Of a stretch of 64,000 nt of DNA, positions 12,180 through 24,073 are shown in pieces. The position numbers and the translations under genes were made by a program. How positions within the stretch are numbered: position 1 is the stretch's first letter; each line of letters opens with the position of its first letter. Under the pieces are notes generated by a model. That model did not search any database, was not told where the DNA came from, and saw only the letters and a program-made list of their open reading frames with translations. Origin of the DNA: Gekko japonicus (lineage: Eukaryota); assembly GCF_001447785.1 (NCBI RefSeq), contig NW_015174282.1, forward strand, positions 997,830 through 1,061,829, in the 5' to 3' direction.

Positions 12180-13060
12180 CATCTGGAAGAGGAGGTAGGT
12201 TGAGGTACAGCACAATTAAAGTGGTTTAGGTTCTTTGTTGCAGGATGTACTCAAAGGGTGACTGTGGGAAATGCAAAATCAGGACTGGCGGATCCTGCAT
12301 GGTATAGTGGCCCTATCATGTTGGGTAATATATCTTTGTGAGACTCTGGAACAAAAAGCACACATAGTTCTGGGATGGAGTGTCATCAGTATGCTGATGA
12401 TACAATACCACTTTGACTGTATCATTGGGAGCTGCCATCTCTGTGCTGAGCCAGTACCTGGATGTGGTGATCAAGTGGCTGAGGAAGAATAAACTGAAAG
12501 AAGGAGATGTGGCTGCCCCCTATTGTTTTTTTGCTACTTGCATCAAAGGACTTTATTAAAAACTTGTATGTCCTATTAGATGGGAGAAAAAAATAAGTTA
12601 AAAAGTATGAAAAATTCTGTATGGAAGTTGTACATGTTTCTGTAGAAAACTGATCCGACTATGTTGATCCATTTGTGATAACGCGCTAGATTACTGTAAC
12701 ACCCTGTATAGGAGACTATTCAGAAACTTCAACTGGTGCAACATGCAGCAGCCCATTTAGTATTGTCAAGACCACACTGCATTGGTCTTGACATCTCTTC
12801 TCTGGCTGCCTGTTGGTTTCCAGGTCGGATTTAAGATCTGGTGCTTCCCACTGAAGCTGTTCATAACCATCTCTCCTGATGTGAACTGCTATGGTAATAG
12901 TGCTCTTCTCAACAGGGTCTCCCAGCCAGCCCCCTGGCTCTCAAGTATGAAATTAGTTACAGCCACTTCCTTTGCTAGTGCTGCTCCTGCTGTTGTTGTA
13001 CAGTCTCTTGAAAGGCAGGTGCTGTCCTTAGGGTCTTCTGGAACTTTTTCAGAGATCTTA
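12180..13060 (+). mobile_element. Old, heavily decayed L2 LINE ORF2 fragment
   Basis: CATCAGTATGCTGATGAT (HQYADD), CTAGATTACTGTAAC (LDYCN), CAACTGGTGCAACATGCAGCAGCC (QLVQ.AAA) and TGGCTGCCTGTT (WLPV) occur in L2 order. Confidence 0.75.
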
Positions 13061-14684
13061 TGAGTCAGGACACCAGTGTGTAGTGGTTAGAGTATCAGAT
13101 TTGGATCTGTGAGACCCAGGTTCAGGTCCCCATTCTGCTATGGAAGCTTGCTGGGTGACCTTGGGTCAGTCACACACACTCAGCCTAACCTATCAGGGTT
13201 TTTGTGGGGTATAAATGAAGTAAACAATAAATAAAGGTTATAGATGTGGGCTCTGGAGCTTATTCTAAGGTTCTCCAGCAGAGACTGCAAGGGGGCCTGG
13301 AGGGTTGTAATCCTTGTAACAGGGAGCTGCTCAGCTCAAAGTGTGAGCAAGTTTGTAGGAAACGTTGAACCTGCAGAGGTTTAAGGTCAACTGAAGGATT
13401 ATATCTGGGTCTGATAGTCTTACTTTTTCCTGTAACCACAAGTAGGTTATTTATTCTGCCAAGATTAGAGAGTTGTGTTTTCTTCCTGCATGAGACTGGA
13501 GGACAGGAGGCCTTGAACTTCCAGGCATTTGCTCTTCCCCCTGGTCCAAACTTCAGTGCTTCTGCTACTCCTTCTTTATTTCAGTGCATTGAGCAACCTT
13601 AAGATACTTTGGTTTCAGATGTTTAAGGCTTTTAAGAATTTTCTGCTCAGAATTATGCTGAGCACCACCAACATCCCCCTCCCAATGCCAAACAGCATCA
13701 AGGGTTCAGTTTGGTGCTGCACAGTACCAATACCCCACCCTCCCCCATGTCCTCCTTAACGTATGGCCGATAAGTGGCTGACTTTTTTTATTTTATTTTA
13801 TTTTTTTAAAATAATAAAGTTTTATTGATATTTTAAGCACAAAACAACAATTCCAATAGAAAAGTCAGAATACAAGCGAAACAGGTCATACCATTTACAA
13901 CTTTCACTACAATAATAGTGCCCTATAGAACCGTGTATAGACTTCATAACGTTTGATTCAGTTAAATAGTAACATCTTGTATTTAACATTGCAAAGGCTG
14001 ACTTAGGTGAATTCCCTTCATCAATCCATTATATTCAGTTGAGTGGACTATTTTTATGCAAATGTTGTACACCGCTCTGAGCCTGCTGTGCGGGGAGGGT
14101 ATAACAACAACAACAATAATGTTTGCTAACTTTTGCTGCCCATCTCAAGTTCTAAAATTCTATTTATTTATTTATTTTATTTATTTAATTTTCGACTTAT
14201 TATACCGCCCTAACCCCTAGAGGTCTCTGGGCGGTTTACAGGAATGTTCTAAGAACTTTATACCTTGTCTAAGGCCACATACTTATAGGGGTGGGGATTT
14301 CCTACCAGCACCCTTGTGGTGGGCCCGCTGCGTCCTTTTTCTGGCTCGGCTTTTTTCTTCCTTCTCGGCGGTATTTCTGAAGTAAGGACAAGTTTTTTAT
14401 TTATTCTCTTATTTTTCTAATAAACATTCCTAACTCTGTGAGTTGTCATTAGCAAGTGGCCTACCAAAACTTGTAGTTAAGTCTGTCCTGGTTTCAAACT
14501 TGGCCAGCGCTACTGCTGGCTTCATACCTCCCACCTCAGTTAGGACCTTACCAGTTTACTCTAACCAGGCAAGAAATAAACTTAAGCTCCCGAATATAGT
14601 ACAAAGCAGGCAAGAAATGGACTTTTTCACAGCTAATTAGAAACAGTCCTGAAAAATTCCTGCTAGAGATCTGGCTCTCTTGAT

Positions 14685-16334
14685 TTTTTTTGTTTTTTCC
14701 CCCCCCCATCCCCCTGGGGGAAGGTTTTTATTGATTTTTTTACAGACTACAAAATGACAACAGAAAATATAGGGAAGGGAACTACATCTAGGGAAAAAGG
14801 AAAAAAGATCCACTACTAACTAAAAACCCAAGGGTAGGAGATCAATACATCAGTTTATCACCATGCTATTTTCAAAAAGCTACTAATAATACAACGAATT
14901 TAGACGGTTATGCTAGATTAATTATCGTTTAACCATCCTTTTAACTGTTTAAAGAAGTTCCCAGAGCATCCCCAAGGTATTTCAACAGTTTTTTTTCAGG
15001 CACAAATCAAAGTCCTTCAGCCCTTATTTATTCTTATCTTTTCTAATCCTCAATTTATATGATCTTTTGGGGGCACCCGCCCCCTTTTCAGAGGGGGAGT
15101 CCTCATCCGAAGACCCTGAGCCCAACTCGCCATTAGATTTGCTTTCTTCTTCCTCCCCTTTGCCCTCTTTTGGTTCCCCAAGCTGTGTCCGCAGAAATTC
15201 ACGTGCTTTAAAAACAGAGTCAATCTTTTCTTTTTTTATCGTTGGGATTGAAAATGACGCTTTCTGGGATTAACCACCTGTAACTGATGCCATTTGTTTG
15301 TAAGAAAAGGGTTAATTCTTTATAGTTATTTCCCTTCTGCCTTATATCAAATGGAATGTCTTCTAAAATCCTAATATTGTTGCTCCCAATTTTCAAGAGT
15401 GTTCCTGAAGTTGCTTTCAAAATAGCATCTCTCACATATCTCTTCAATTTGCTTTATCCATTTGTAGCTGTAAGAGCTTTGACTCTTCCGTAGCTTGCTT
15501 CATTTCCAGCTTTTGCACCTTTTCCTTAACTTTTTTAGTAGCGACGTCCATTTCCTTCACCTTCTCTCCCATTTGCTCTGTTGCTTTTAAGGATTAAGTC
15601 AGTTGCATCTGCTGCGCTGCCACACTCTGACCAATTATTGACAGTTGTTGTTTAATGCCAGTGATCTCATCCAGCAGGGGGCGCAGGGAGTCATCCAAGA
15701 GTTTTGAGAGATCAGTGACCTCATCCGTTTGAGGACTACCCCCTAGTTTTGGTTTCAACAGCTTCTCTTTCTCCAGATTCTTCCCCGCCATCTTTTTGGA
15801 TTTGTTTACTTTTCAGAAAAGTTGCTAAAGTCTCTGATATTCACCTGAATGCTTTTCTGTGCTTTGGTAAGTCTCTTAAAACAGTTTTAGTCGCTTATTT
15901 TTCCACTCCCCCCTATTTCCGTCCGTGTTCCGTCTATGCGTTTGGGAGGGACCCCTCCCCCGCTCGCTTTCCCGTTGCTCTTTGGGGGGGGGCAGCTTCT
16001 TTTTATATCTTCATGCTCGCTTCAACCTGACTCACAGTTTGTTGTTGGCCATTCGGCCTTGCTCGTCATCATTTATTTCGCCCGATCTCCAATGCTTGTC
16101 CCGGTCAGCAGCACTTGTACCATGCGGTCACTCAGAGGCAGGACCTTCAGGGCGGAGGGGTATCTTAATTCTCCGGCATTCGGACATCGAAGAGGTCGCC
16201 CCTCAAAAGCCCCCTGGCTGGGAGCCTTTTCCCTTTCGCGTTCCGTTGGACCCCCTCCCACACGCTGGTGTGCAGTTTACATCCCCGGGACGTCTGGGAG
16301 ATGTGTCTGCCTGCGTGTCGCCATAAGCCGGACT
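14685..16334 (-). mobile_element. ORF1-only L1 derivative (half-L1/HAL1-like) with internal ORF1 deletion
   Basis: 5' end AGTCCGGCTTATGGCGAC, CpG-rich 5'UTR, ORF1 coiled coil (15791-15450) and an L1 ORF1 C-terminal domain (RILEDIP...GISYRWLIPE). The stop falls near 15010, then AATAAA (14732-14727) and an A-rich tail. No ORF2. Confidence 0.7.
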
Positions 16335-16571
16335 TTTTTTTTAATGTTCATCAGGGAGACTCGGGGGTGCCAAGCATTGGGATCCTGCTGTTGGAGAAAT
16401 GGTAGGGGTATCTCTCAGGGTTCATGAGGCCTCAGGCTATGCCATAGGAGCTCCTCTTCCCTGGAGGAGTCTTCCTTTCTGAGAAGTCTTCTGCTATGTT
16501 GAGAGTGGGTCATGGCAGTTCTGGACACACACTTTGGGACCTGACTCTGTCAGCGAAAAGGCAGGGTATAT

Positions 16572-16844
16572 AAGAAGAAGAAGAAGAAGAGAAGGATTTA
16601 TACCCCGTCCTTCACTTGGAGTCTCAGAGCAGCTTATTGTTTCCCTTCTTCTCGCCACAACAGACACCCTGTGAGGTAGATGGGGCTGAGAGAGCTCTGA
16701 CAGGAGCTGCTCTTTCAAGGACAGCTCTGACAGAACTATGGCTTGCCCAAGGTCATCCAGCAGCTGCAAGTGGAGGAGTGGGGAATCAAACCTGGTTTTC
16801 CCAGATTAGAGTCCATGCACTTAACCACTACATCAAACTGGCTC
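16572..16844 (-). mobile_element. Squam3-type tRNA SINE
   Basis: Reverse complement of the family at 56500-56801, with A/B boxes and a (TTC)n tail. Confidence 0.85.
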
Positions 16845-17965
16845 TCCCAAATATCCCAAATAACATTTTGTAGGTATTCACTTTTGTGGTAGTCACTTTT
16901 GTAAATGTAGGTGGTCACGTTTGTAAATGTAATGAGATAGAAATTTTTATCAGTTGGTGAATTAATTATACAGTGACTGCTACCTCATGGTTTTTACTTA
17001 GTAAAATTACTTTCACTTCATGTCGAACTTTACTGGAACATGTGATTGGCAAACCTGCAATTTGCCTCTGGAAATCTTCTATAAACCAGGACTTTCTCTG
17101 TTATATCGGTGCTAGTGGCAGCTTGGAACTCTCATCCTATCGGATTCTGGCTTTTGGAAGAACTCTGAGTCCTGTAGAATTTTGAACTAAGTTGTCCTTA
17201 TGGCTTGGTCTTTACCTAGAGATCTGAGGTGGTAGACTGTACTGTACTACTCCAGACTGCAGGTGAAGGATCATATGTTTAGAAGTTCCTCTACGAGCTG
17301 ATGTAATGGAGCCCATTTTACCTCCTCATTCTGCTGCATGTGTAGACTAGATCTTTTGGAAATAGACAATATTTGTGTTGGTAAGAATTTCAGAAGTTCT
17401 GAACAGATGCCTTGTTCACACTCTCATTGGAGAATGAGGTGGTAGAATGCACTGTGCTACTGAAGGCTCCAGGTAATGAAATCCATATCTGGGTGTTCCA
17501 TGCATAATGTTTTCGTGCATAATGTTTCCATGCAAGCTACCACAGCAGGCAGAAATGTTCCACTTGTTGTGCTGTGTTGTTTTTCTTTTTTGTAGGGAGT
17601 TTTTAATATATGGGATTATACTAAAATGTGATCCTTGTCAGAAGGAGTGCAATCCATTCTACCACTTAAAATTTCAACCATCTCATTCCCCAGCATCTGT
17701 GAACCAGGCCTTGGGCTTTAATCCTACCAGGGAATAAGCTCCTCTGACTTCACTGGGACTTACTCAATGCATGAAGGTCAGATGGCATATTCAGACATTT
17801 ACTTACTATATTCTCTTAGTGGTATTACTTTTGCTATGCAGTATTGCAAGTGACTTGCTAGGAAGCCATTTAATTGTCCCTGGTTCTAAAAAATAAGATG
17901 AGAATAAGCTGTTTTGGTGTCCTATATTGCAATTATCTGCATGCTAAATGAGTTTCTGGATGGAT

Positions 17966-20900
17966 TTGGGGGCTATCCAGTAGTGCTGGGGGCTATCTAG
18001 TGTTTTACACTGAGTGTCACATGTATGACTATCTACCCACTGGACAGAAGTTTTGGGTGTGTGCCCGGTGCAAGGAGCTCCTGGTTCTCAGGGAACGGGT
18101 TTACTCCCTTGAGGCCAAGGTGGCTGACCTGGAGAAGCAGAGACAGTCAGGGGCATGGAGAAGACTCTCGGGGACTTGTTATATATGTCCCACTCTGAGT
18201 ATGGCAGCCACACCGCTGTCAGGGAGCATGAGGGTCGAGACTAAACAGGGCACCGTGCTGCAGATAAGGGGAATGTGCCCTCAGAAGGGACCTCTTCTTC
18301 AGCTGGTGAATGGGTATCCTTTCGCACCAAGGAGCCATCCCTTGGCAGGGAGGGGGGGACTCTTGGTAGTTGGTGATTTGATCCTTAGGCAGGCTGACAG
18401 CTGGGTGGCAAACCTGCATACTGACCGTATGGTGACTTGCCTGTCTGGTGCAAAGGTAGCAGACATTATGTGTGTTCTAGATAGGCTGGTAGATAGTGCT
18501 GGGAGGAGCCAGTGGTTGTGGTACATGTTGGCATGAATGATGTGGGGAAATGCAGTCGTGAGGTCCTGGAGGAAAGATTTAGGCTGCTAGACAGGAAACT
18601 CAAGGCCAGGACCTCAAAGGTAGCCTTCTCAGAAGAGCTACCTGTTCCACGCGCAGGGCCGGAGAGACAGGCACAGATCAGGAGTCTCAATGCATGGATG
18701 AGACAATGGTGTAGGGAGGAAGGGCTCACGTTTGTTAGGCATTGGGATGCTTTTAGGAACAAGAGGGAGCTGTACAAAAGAGACGGTCTCCACTTGTCCC
18801 AAGAAGGAACCAGGCTCCTGGCATACTGACCATATGGTGACTTGCCTGTCTGGTGCAAAGGTAGCAGACATTATGCGTGTTCTAGATAGGCTGGTAGATA
18901 GTGCTGGGGAGGAGCCAGTGGTTGTGGTACATGTTGGCATCAATGATGTGGGGAAATGCAGTTGTGAGGTCCTGGAGGAAAAATTTAGGCTGCTAGACAG
19001 GAAACTCAAGGCCAGGACCTCCAAGGTAGCCTTCTCGGAGACAGGCACAGATCAGGAGTCTCAATGCATGGGTGAGACAATGGTGTAGGGAGGAAGGGTT
19101 CAAGTTTGTTAGGCATTAGGATGCTTTTTGGAACAAGAGGGAGCTGTACAAAAGAGACGGTCTCCACTTGTCCCAAGAAGGAACCAGGCTCCTGGCGCTT
19201 AAAATCAAAAAGGTGGCAGAGCAGTTTTTAAACTGAATATTGGGGGAAAGCCGACAGGAGATGAAAAGTCTCTGGGTCGGGATGGTTCATCTCAAAGAGA
19301 TGAAGGGGTAGCTGTTACTTTTCTACAAGGAAATGGATTAGAATTGTCCACTGGGACTATGGCTGATATGGACTGCCTGGCAAGGTCTCAGGAAGCAGGA
19401 GGAAGGTTGTGGGCTTAACATGCCTGGGAAATTATAGGTGTTTATATACAAATACTAGAAGTGTCCGAGGTAAAATTGGGGAGTTGGAATGCTTGGTGTT
19501 GGGGGGGGAATAGACATTGGGGTATTTCAGAAAATTAGTGGGATGAGGAAAATCAGTGGGATATGGTGATTCCTGGTTATAAATTATATCGGAATGATGG
19601 CTGGGAAGAGTTGGAGGTGGGGTGGCTTTGTATGTCAGAGAGGGTATACAGTTCAGTAAGATTGGATTCACTTCTGGAAATGCTATGGGTTGAAATAGTG
19701 GGTCCAAAAGGAAGATAACACTGGGAGTTTATCGCCCACCAGATCAAAAGATAGAGGAGGATTATAAAATGATGAATGAATTAAAGATAGCGGCTAGACA
19801 AAATACTGTGTCGTAATAGGTAATTTGAACTACCCACACATTGATTGGGTCATATGTGTTAAAGTTGGGAAAAAGAGATTGAGTTTTTAGACACTCTCAA
19901 TGACTGTGCTACAGAGCAAATGGTCACAGAACCTACCAGGGAAGAGGTGAGCCTGGATTTGGTCCTACGTAGCACCCAGTACCTGGTGAGAGATGTAAAA
20001 GTGATTGCACCACTTTGGAATGGTGACCATAATGTTATTGAGTTCAACATTTGTATAAATAGGGAGTAGCCCAAAAAGACTGACACAACCACTTTTAACT
20101 TTAAAAGGGGTAACTTCTCTGAAATGAGGAGAAATATGAGGAAGAAACTGAAATAAAAAGTAGAAAGGGTCAAAACAATTGGGGAAGCTTGGAGACTATT
20201 TAAAACTACAATCCTAGAAGTTCAGAAAATATATATACCGCAGGTTACAAAAGGCACAAATAGGTATAGTAAAAAGCCTGCATGGTTAACAAACAAAAAA
20301 ATGGAAGCTGTAAAAGGTAAGAAGGATTCCTTTAAGTGGTGGAAAGCTAATGAGGTTGATAAAAGGGAACACAGACTGTGGCAATCAAAATGCAAGTCTG
20401 TGATCAGGCAGGCAAAAAGGGAATATGAGGAGCATATAGCTAAAACATAAAGACCCACAATAAAACTTCCTTCAAATATGTTAGAACCAGGAAACCAGGC
20501 AGGGAGGCAGTGGGGACCTTTGATGACCAAAGGGTAAAAGGAGTACTGAAGGATGATAGGGAAATGGCGGAGAAGCTGAATGCATCTTTTGCCTCTGTCT
20601 TCATTGTGGAAGATGAGAAGTGCTTGCCCACTCCAGAACCACTGATTTCGGGAGGGGTGTTGAAAGACCTGAGTCAGATTGAGGTGACGAGAGAGGAGGT
20701 CCTACAACTGATAGACAACTTAAAAACTAATAAATCACCAGGCCTGGATCCAAGAGTTCTGAAAGAACTCAAATGTGAACTTGTGGATCTCCTGACAATG
20801 TAATCTTTCGTTAAAATCTGCCTCCATTCCTGAGGACTGGAAGGTAGCTAATGTCACTCCCATCTTTAAAAAGAATTCCAGTGGAGATCTGGGAAATTAC

Positions 20901-22359
20901 AGGCCAGTCAGTCTGACGTCAATACTGGGTAAGTTGGTGGAAACTGCTATTAAGGAAAGAATTAGTAGGCACATTGATGAACAAAAACTATTGAGGCAGA
21001 CTCAGCATGGGTTCTGTAAGGGAAGATCTTGTCTCACTAACCTGTTCATGTTTTTTGAGGGGGTGAACAAACATATGGACAAGGGGGACCCAATAGATGT
21101 TGTTTACCTTGACTTCCAGAAAGCTTTTGATAAAGTTCCTCATCAAAGGCTCCTAAGTAAGCTCAATAGTCACGGGATAAAAGGACAATTCCTCTTGTGG
21201 ATCAAAAACTGGCTAATTAATAGGAAACAGAGTGAGTATAAATGGGCAATTTTCTCAGTGAAGGGTGGTAGGCAGTGGGGTACCACAGGGATCAGTACTG
21301 GGTCCGATGCTTTTTAAATTGTTTATTAAGGATTTGGAGTTGGGAGTAAGCAGTGAAGTGGCTAAATTTGCGGATGACACAAAGTTGTTCAGGATGGTGA
21401 GAACCAGGGAGGATTGTGAGGCACTCTAAAGGGATCTGCCGAGGATGGGCGAGTGGGCGTCAACGTGGCAAATGGGGTTCAATGTGGCCAAGTGCAAAGT
21501 GATGCACATTGGGGCCAAAAATCCTAACTATAAATACACATTGATAGGGTCCGAACTGAGAGACCTTGGATTCATAGTAGATAACTCACTGAAAATGTCA
21601 AGACAGTGTGCGACTGCAATAAAATAGGCCAACGCTATGCTGCGGATTATTATGAAGGGAACTGAGAACAAGTCGGCCAGCATCATAATGCCCCTGTATA
21701 AATCAGTGGTGCGAACTAATTTGGAGTAGGCCACCACACCTCAAAAAGGATATTATAGCATTGGAAAAAGTGCAGAAAAGGGCAACTAGAGTGATAAAAG
21801 GGTTGGAACACTGAAGAAAGGTTAAAGTGCTTGGGACTCTTTAGCTTGGAGAAATGACGGCTGGGGGGTGACATGATCGAGGTTTATAAGATTATGCATG
21901 GGATAGAGCAGGTAGAGAAAGTAGTACTTTTCTCCTCTTCTCACAATATAAGAACTCGTGGGCACTCAATGAAATTGCTGAGCAATCAGGTTAGAACAGA
22001 TAAAAAAAGGAAGTAGTTCTTCACCCAAATAGTAATTAACACACGGAATTCACTGCCACAGGAGGTGGTGGTGGCTACAAGCATGGACAGCTTCAAGAGG
22101 GAATTAGATAAATATATAGAGCAGAGGTCCATCAGTGGCTGTTAGCCATAAGGTATAGATAGGAACTCTCCGTTTGGAGCAAGTGATGCACTGTATTCTT
22201 GGTGCTTGCGGGGGCATGCAACAGTGGGAGGGCTTTTGGTGTCCTGGCCCCACTGCTGGACCTCCTGATGGCACCTGGTATTTTTGGCCACTGTGTGACA
22301 GAGTGTTGGACTAGATGGGCCATTGGCCTGATCCAACATTGGCTTCTCTTATGTTCTTA
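17966..22359 (+). mobile_element. Near-full-length decayed CR1 LINE (ORF1 zinc finger/leucine zipper + SGNH esterase; ORF2 APE endonuclease + RT)
   Basis: ORF1 motifs WVCARCKEL, CLSGAKVADI, VVVHVG.NDV and DGLHL. ORF2 motifs YTN.RS, QHGFCKGRSCLTNL, VYLDFQKAFDKVPH and KFADDTKL. 3' tail TCTTATGTTCTTA. Many frameshifts and stops. Confidence 0.95.
18416..19194 (+). repeat. Tandem duplication (~405 + ~374 bp) of the CR1 ORF1 esterase region
   Basis: GCATACTGACC.TATGGTGACTTG starts at both 18416 and 18821, and both copies end GGAACCAGGCTCCTG. Copy 2 lacks ~30 bp. Confidence 0.9.
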
Positions 22360-23582
22360 AGATTTGTATGAGGAGTATTCTTCTACTTTTATACTATTTA
22401 TATATTTATTAAGACTTTTGATAGCTTCAGGACCATGGTATTCATCTGGAGCGATTGATGGAGATGGGGATTGGGGATACCATGGTGTGGGAGATACTGT
22501 CCGGTCTGGCCAAATGTACAAGGAAGTAGTGCTAGGAGAAGAATAGTACAGGTGCAGTAGTGGATCATACTTGCTTTTGCTTTCTAACATCTTCATTAAG
22601 CCACTGGGTGAATGGCCAGTACTCAACTGAGTTGTGAGCCATTGCCTGGGGGCGGTTAACGGAAGTCCAAATTGCTGTTAAAGCAAGACTTTTAAGTTGT
22701 GGCATCCATTATGTGTGAGTGCCCCTCAACTGTTGCTAAGTTCTTATTTTTTTATGCTAGATTGAAAGCTTATTTGTTTCTTCAGGCTTTTGTTAATTTG
22801 TTACCAGATATTTATTTTCTTGCTTTGTAATTTAATATTTACAAAAAAGTTTTTTGCTACCCATTTATTTTACGAAGTTTTAAAAATAATTGTGTTGATA
22901 CTAAGTTGTGTCTATTGCTTATACTTCCGTTTAGTGTTGGAAATACTGTTCTTACATATGTCTTGTATTTGTACTGGTTTATGTTATAAGTCACCTCAGG
23001 TAGAAATTTTGTAAGTTCTGAAAATGCTTCATATAACGACAATAAAGTTAAAACTGTCGATAATGACGGATGGTCATTATTATCACCAAGTTACTGGGAC
23101 TGAGAAAGAGAGTTTGCCTAAAGCCACTTTCTAAGTTCATGTCTGAGCTGATATTTGAATGGATTTTCTATTCATGTTCTTAACAGCTATGCTGATACCT
23201 TGCTAAGTGGAAAATAATATTGTTTGGCTCAGAACATGCACCAGAAAAACATACCTGCAGTTATTCTCTTGTAGTTTTTAAAATTTTTTTCAAGAGTTGT
23301 GTTTGGAAGACATAAATTTATGACCTGATTAAGTCTCTAATAATACCAGTGAAATAAAGAAGCTGTTTTTAAAAATTAAAAATGCTGAAATTGTGTAGTG
23401 AAGGAGCCTAATGTGAACTCAGAATGTAATATGCAAATATTTTGTGTATAAATAGAATTATTTAGAAATGCTTAGAGAAAATAGTTAAGAAAGCCTTGTT
23501 ACACAATGGGATCAGAAAGATTTAAATGGTGATGCTACTATAATAATATTTTAAAATTATATATATATTTTTTTTGTTACAG

Positions 23583-23662
23583 CTGGCTTGAGATGTATTT
23601 GAATAGTGAAGCTTTCAGATACATAATCTGTAGTACTGATTTGACTGCCTCACTGAATCTTG
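23583..23662 (+). other. Candidate 80-nt internal (5'UTR/cassette) exon
   Basis: Acceptor TTTTTTTTGTTACAG| and consensus donor TTG|GTAAGT flank non-repetitive sequence on the gene's strand. Confidence 0.45.
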
Positions 23663-23949
23663 GTAAGTTATATTCAAATAATGCATGTTTAATAACGCTA
23701 TAAATAAAAATGTGGTTTTCAGTTTGTATGTTGCACAGATCTGAGACAGTGGTTCTCTATTCATACTAGGTCCTCTCTAATTGGAATTCTACCAAATTCA
23801 AGTAATGGATTAGCTTTTGCACCTGAGCTAAAGAATGAGGAATAGATTGAGCTGATATAGCGTATAACTGTGCTTTCATGGAGTACCAGAGAGCTGTTGC
23901 ACAGTTACACTCACTATGTCAGGACCCTAAATTCAGGTATTCACACATA

Positions 23950-24073
23950 AGCTGTGGTCACACACGCTAAATAATCCACTTTCAGTGCACTTTCCAACTG
24001 GATTTTACTGTGTGAACTGGCAAAATCCAGTTGGAAAGTGGATTGAAAGTGGATAGTGTGTGTGACCACAGCC
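23950..24073. mobile_element. 124-bp hairpin MITE (Harbinger-type)
   Basis: TIRs GCTGTGGTCACACAC / GTGTGTGACCACAGC. Inner stem CACTTTCCAACTGGATTTT / AAAATCCAGTTGGAAAGTG. ATA TSD on both sides. Confidence 0.85.
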
